Of a stretch of 64,000 bases of DNA, positions 62,301 through 64,000 are shown piece after piece; the first letter of the stretch is position 1; every line of letters starts with the position of its first letter. The translations under genes were made by a program, and so were the position numbers. Below the pieces are notes generated by a model that ran no database searches, was not told the DNA's origin, and saw nothing but the letters and a program-made list of their open reading frames with translations. Source of the DNA: a virus; the IMG/VR virus record IMGVR_UViG_3300013132_000028, positions 1-64,000 of that record, one strand, 5' to 3'.

Positions 62301-64000
62301 GACGCGCTTGCGCTTGACTCTATTAGGTGCGTAGAAAAGTTTTTCTTCTTTCCGCCGTCTCCTAGGTCTTCTGCAACTAGGTTTTTAGTTCCTGTTTTTG
62401 GGTTGTCCCAGCTGTTGAGCGGACGCACGGTGCGTTCCTTGCCGTTGTACACAAACTTCAACAGCTTTTTGTCTTTGATGGCCTTGCTTATCTGGTCGTG
62501 CAGTGCCTCTAGTGTTTCAGAAGTTTTCAGTACTACTGCGTCGTCAGCTGCTGTCGGCGCTGGCTCAGGGGATAAAGGGACGGCAGGCTCACTGCTCGGT
62601 GCTGGCGTTGTCGGTGCCGGTGTGTCTGGTTCACCGCCTCCAGGTCCCCCCTCCGGGAAACCTCCGTCGTCTACGATTTGCAGCGTCTTTGTCGTTTTCA
62701 GCTGCTTGTCTTTTTTGCCGTCAAACTTTACCCAGGCGTAGTCGGGGAACACGACACCTTTCTTTTTGTACACGTCTAACTTAGAGACTACGCCGACTTC
62801 GCCAGTCTTTGTAGACTTTACCTTCATGCCGGCCGCGATCGGTGTCTTGCCGTCAGCGGAGAGGCTCTTACCGACCGGACTACTGCCTTCGGCCGGAGTT
62901 TCGACTGCAAGTTTTTCTGGCTTGGGTGCGGACGCGTCTGCCTTGGCGTTTCTGTAGACGTCGCCGAAGAAGTTTTCTGGCTTCTCGTAGTAGCCAGCGG
63001 GCGCTTGTGTGTACGGACCTAGGTCAGCCTGTCTTAGCTCATTCCAGGTTTCGGTAAACTCGTCCATCTTGTCTAGCGGCACGCGTACTTGTATGTCGTA
63101 GGTGTTGTCTTGTGCCGTTCCTTCTGCAACGATGTACGGCACGCCGCGCTCTGCCAGGTCTACTGGTCCCTCGTCGCCGCCAAACCTAGGCATGTCGCCG
63201 CCTATGTCGTTCAGCGTTACCTCTACAAAGTTACCGTCGTCTGACAGCTTAGGCGGGTTGGCGTCGTCAAACCACTGCGTGTCTCCGGCTTTCTTTGCGT
63301 ACTTACTTGTGTCCACCTCTTCGGCCGTGATAACTGGTGACTTTACTACGTCTATCTTGTCTTTCTTGGCTACGTCGCCTGCTATGCGTAGATTTTCTGC
63401 GATGCTCTTAAACTCGCCGCCTTTGCCGTGCTTTTCTTGCATGTAGTCTGCAACTTTTTCTACTTCGTCCTGTATCTCTGCAATGTCGCCTGGATTGTCG
63501 ACTGGCTTTTTTTGTTGTACTGTCTTCTCTAGCTCGTCTAGTTTTTCTTTAAGGTCCAGGTCTTCTACCGGCAGGTCGGTCTGCTCCCTGTACATTTTAA
63601 TTGCATCCAGTGTCTCGTCTGCAAAGTCTTCTGCTATGACGTACGCGTCACCTGGTGTAAGCTCGTCTTCGTCAGCTGGTGCGGGTGCGTCTTTCAGGTT
63701 TTTGACCGTGACGGTGGTGTCTTTGTCAGTGAGTCCAGCGCGCTCGAGGATGTCCATTCTGCGCATCTCTAGCTTGTCTGCGACGGTCTTCTGCAGCACC
63801 GGCTCGTCTGGAAACGCGGCTGCCACGAGGCTGTCGATGTCTGCTCTGGTTATGTCCAGCAGCTTGGAGGCGCTGGCCTTTAGTTCTGGTTCGGTCATGT
63901 CTCCAAAGATTTTTGCGGCCTGCGGGTTCATGTCCGGGTCGCGAAGCGTCTCCCACTCGTCGGCCTTGTCGCCGAACAGCTCGCCCTTTGGCTTTCCCAT
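59387..64000 (-). CDS. Giant polyvalent protein (probably 5' truncated) with kinase-like, WYL-like and ADP-ribosyltransferase-like segments
   Basis: Open to the window edge; recognisable modules separated by Pro/Lys/acidic linkers. Confidence 0.6.
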   Translation of the reverse strand: MGKPKGELFGDKADEWETLRDPDMNPQAAKIFGDMTEPELKASASKLLDITRADIDSLVAAAFPDEPVLQKTVADKLEMRRMDILERAGLTDKDTTVTVKNLKDAPAPADEDELTPGDAYVIAEDFADETLDAIKMYREQTDLPVEDLDLKEKLDELEKTVQQKKPVDNPGDIAEIQDEVEKVADYMQEKHGKGGEFKSIAENLRIAGDVAKKDKIDVVKSPVITAEEVDTSKYAKKAGDTQWFDDANPPKLSDDGNFVEVTLNDIGGDMPRFGGDEGPVDLAERGVPYIVAEGTAQDNTYDIQVRVPLDKMDEFTETWNELRQADLGPYTQAPAGYYEKPENFFGDVYRNAKADASAPKPEKLAVETPAEGSSPVGKSLSADGKTPIAAGMKVKSTKTGEVGVVSKLDVYKKKGVVFPDYAWVKFDGKKDKQLKTTKTLQIVDDGGFPEGGPGGGEPDTPAPTTPAPSSEPAVPLSPEPAPTAADDAVVLKTSETLEALHDQISKAIKDKKLLKFVYNGKERTVRPLNSWDNPKTGTKNLVAEDLGDGGKKKNFSTHLIESSASASADPVKPKPAELSAEQKYTAPPEPQLGTTDSYKVTNINDTTTFVSGSYFLNETVEYTPKELTELLGKPYEYGSGDKVQQEWSMRFESPDGAAIFARLYDWKTPDSLDPDKKYDWHIGGNNAKAVELVKNLLEAKKKEKSGAAEPKSSTTKTPVGNPALALDKKDLDNPELYEKKDTKVENLKVGDYIPYGSGWARVSSHGAAYNKGKKTHKFRMFLQHTNGNQQYVEYSGKTVIKSTRSPKSGTEINTPQPTVPNPPPPPSSSSQSESPLKSYTPDEWADATKKTVANNEIDFGPFDTNSALKYGALAAKNYIEEFTRYNALETTKEKSQIDYVAYSQYSGVFIVGVKDQPKPGIITSDGKITVASETNEYYKDNPHFQHVQADSPHATWLGLAFEKDDLAPIKDQFAPPPGANQKFKKDRFNNWLYKGVTVTDANGDEGVIYGFPGAKGYENYVQVQFLDGSKKVRSVDKVTGGRLFDQTKLTEAGPGVNVPELDDPDLASVDWSQSELTGAGVKSLVDAVAHVQSSPAAGARGRSAAVDAGDVEDLDVHMMTIVDGDKTYTRASFKLTSWAGDDLVAELLKKVPNTDEYDLLINQGIRMPKMRRNADGSMAIVKSGSQMDVEYSSSYNETTTYVITDKITGAVIRVYRANRDSKPVSSLNTSREGLAFHNRVEVLVPEQQDATSTANAIARGMKLGGVRAPRPATKEDVRVLAENRLISIFGKEIDPAKNVVGAARKAKLKAIEKLLGLPYEQMWLNLDTPAYDLNDRLSYRTSNAIAEYMVKKTETGAITHSFGIKGANNADSAAQEMFNLLMLEDGLKATSVRWTEGIGGQGDSSDADIRTGGADYLFTKPKATMKPYSVAADSHAYFHFDPLKLYSRLDFWANFKDQYGKRMKETDPIGEIKPAKPTSGSGTYELMFKNGISWADLAIISVSPAVRERLVKMLLDNGVPPEKYGASSWDDLIPVKK

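Overview
This 64 kb window is an internal part of a large tailed dsDNA phage, most likely a siphovirus infecting Actinobacteria. Support for that host comes from two WhiB genes and a head/tail module resembling mycobacteriophage cluster B, with separate hexamer and pentamer capsid proteins. There are three blocks. (1) 1-15577 (+): fibre/appendage genes (collagen Gly-Pro-Thr repeats, beta-propellers, RCC1-like paralogs, shared N-terminal docking modules) ending in a GT2-TPR glycosyltransferase. (2) 15537-30122 (-): replication/recombination genes (SSB, AAA_24 ATPase, PD-(D/E)xK nuclease, SNF2 helicase, RuvC, family A polymerase) interleaved with a DNA base-modification set (Asp-type thymidylate-synthase homolog, dCMP deaminase, dNMP kinase fused to a UDG-like domain, dCTPase-like enzyme, GT-B glycosyltransferase, aGPT-Pplase1-like transferase). 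(3) 30159-64000 (-): head and tail genes, ending in a 1732-aa Cys/Pro-rich FN3 protein with a C-terminal non-splicing Hint domain that is followed by a Cys-rich mini-protein and two 2OG-Fe(II) oxygenases. The strongest candidates for an undescribed system are (a) the Hint-autoprocessed appendage plus its putative prolyl-hydroxylation/glycosylation cassette and (b) the hybrid cytosine/aGPT-type DNA hypermodification pathway. All product calls come from motif recognition by eye; no searches were run. I saw no terminase, portal, lysin, integrase, tRNA or CRISPR array.
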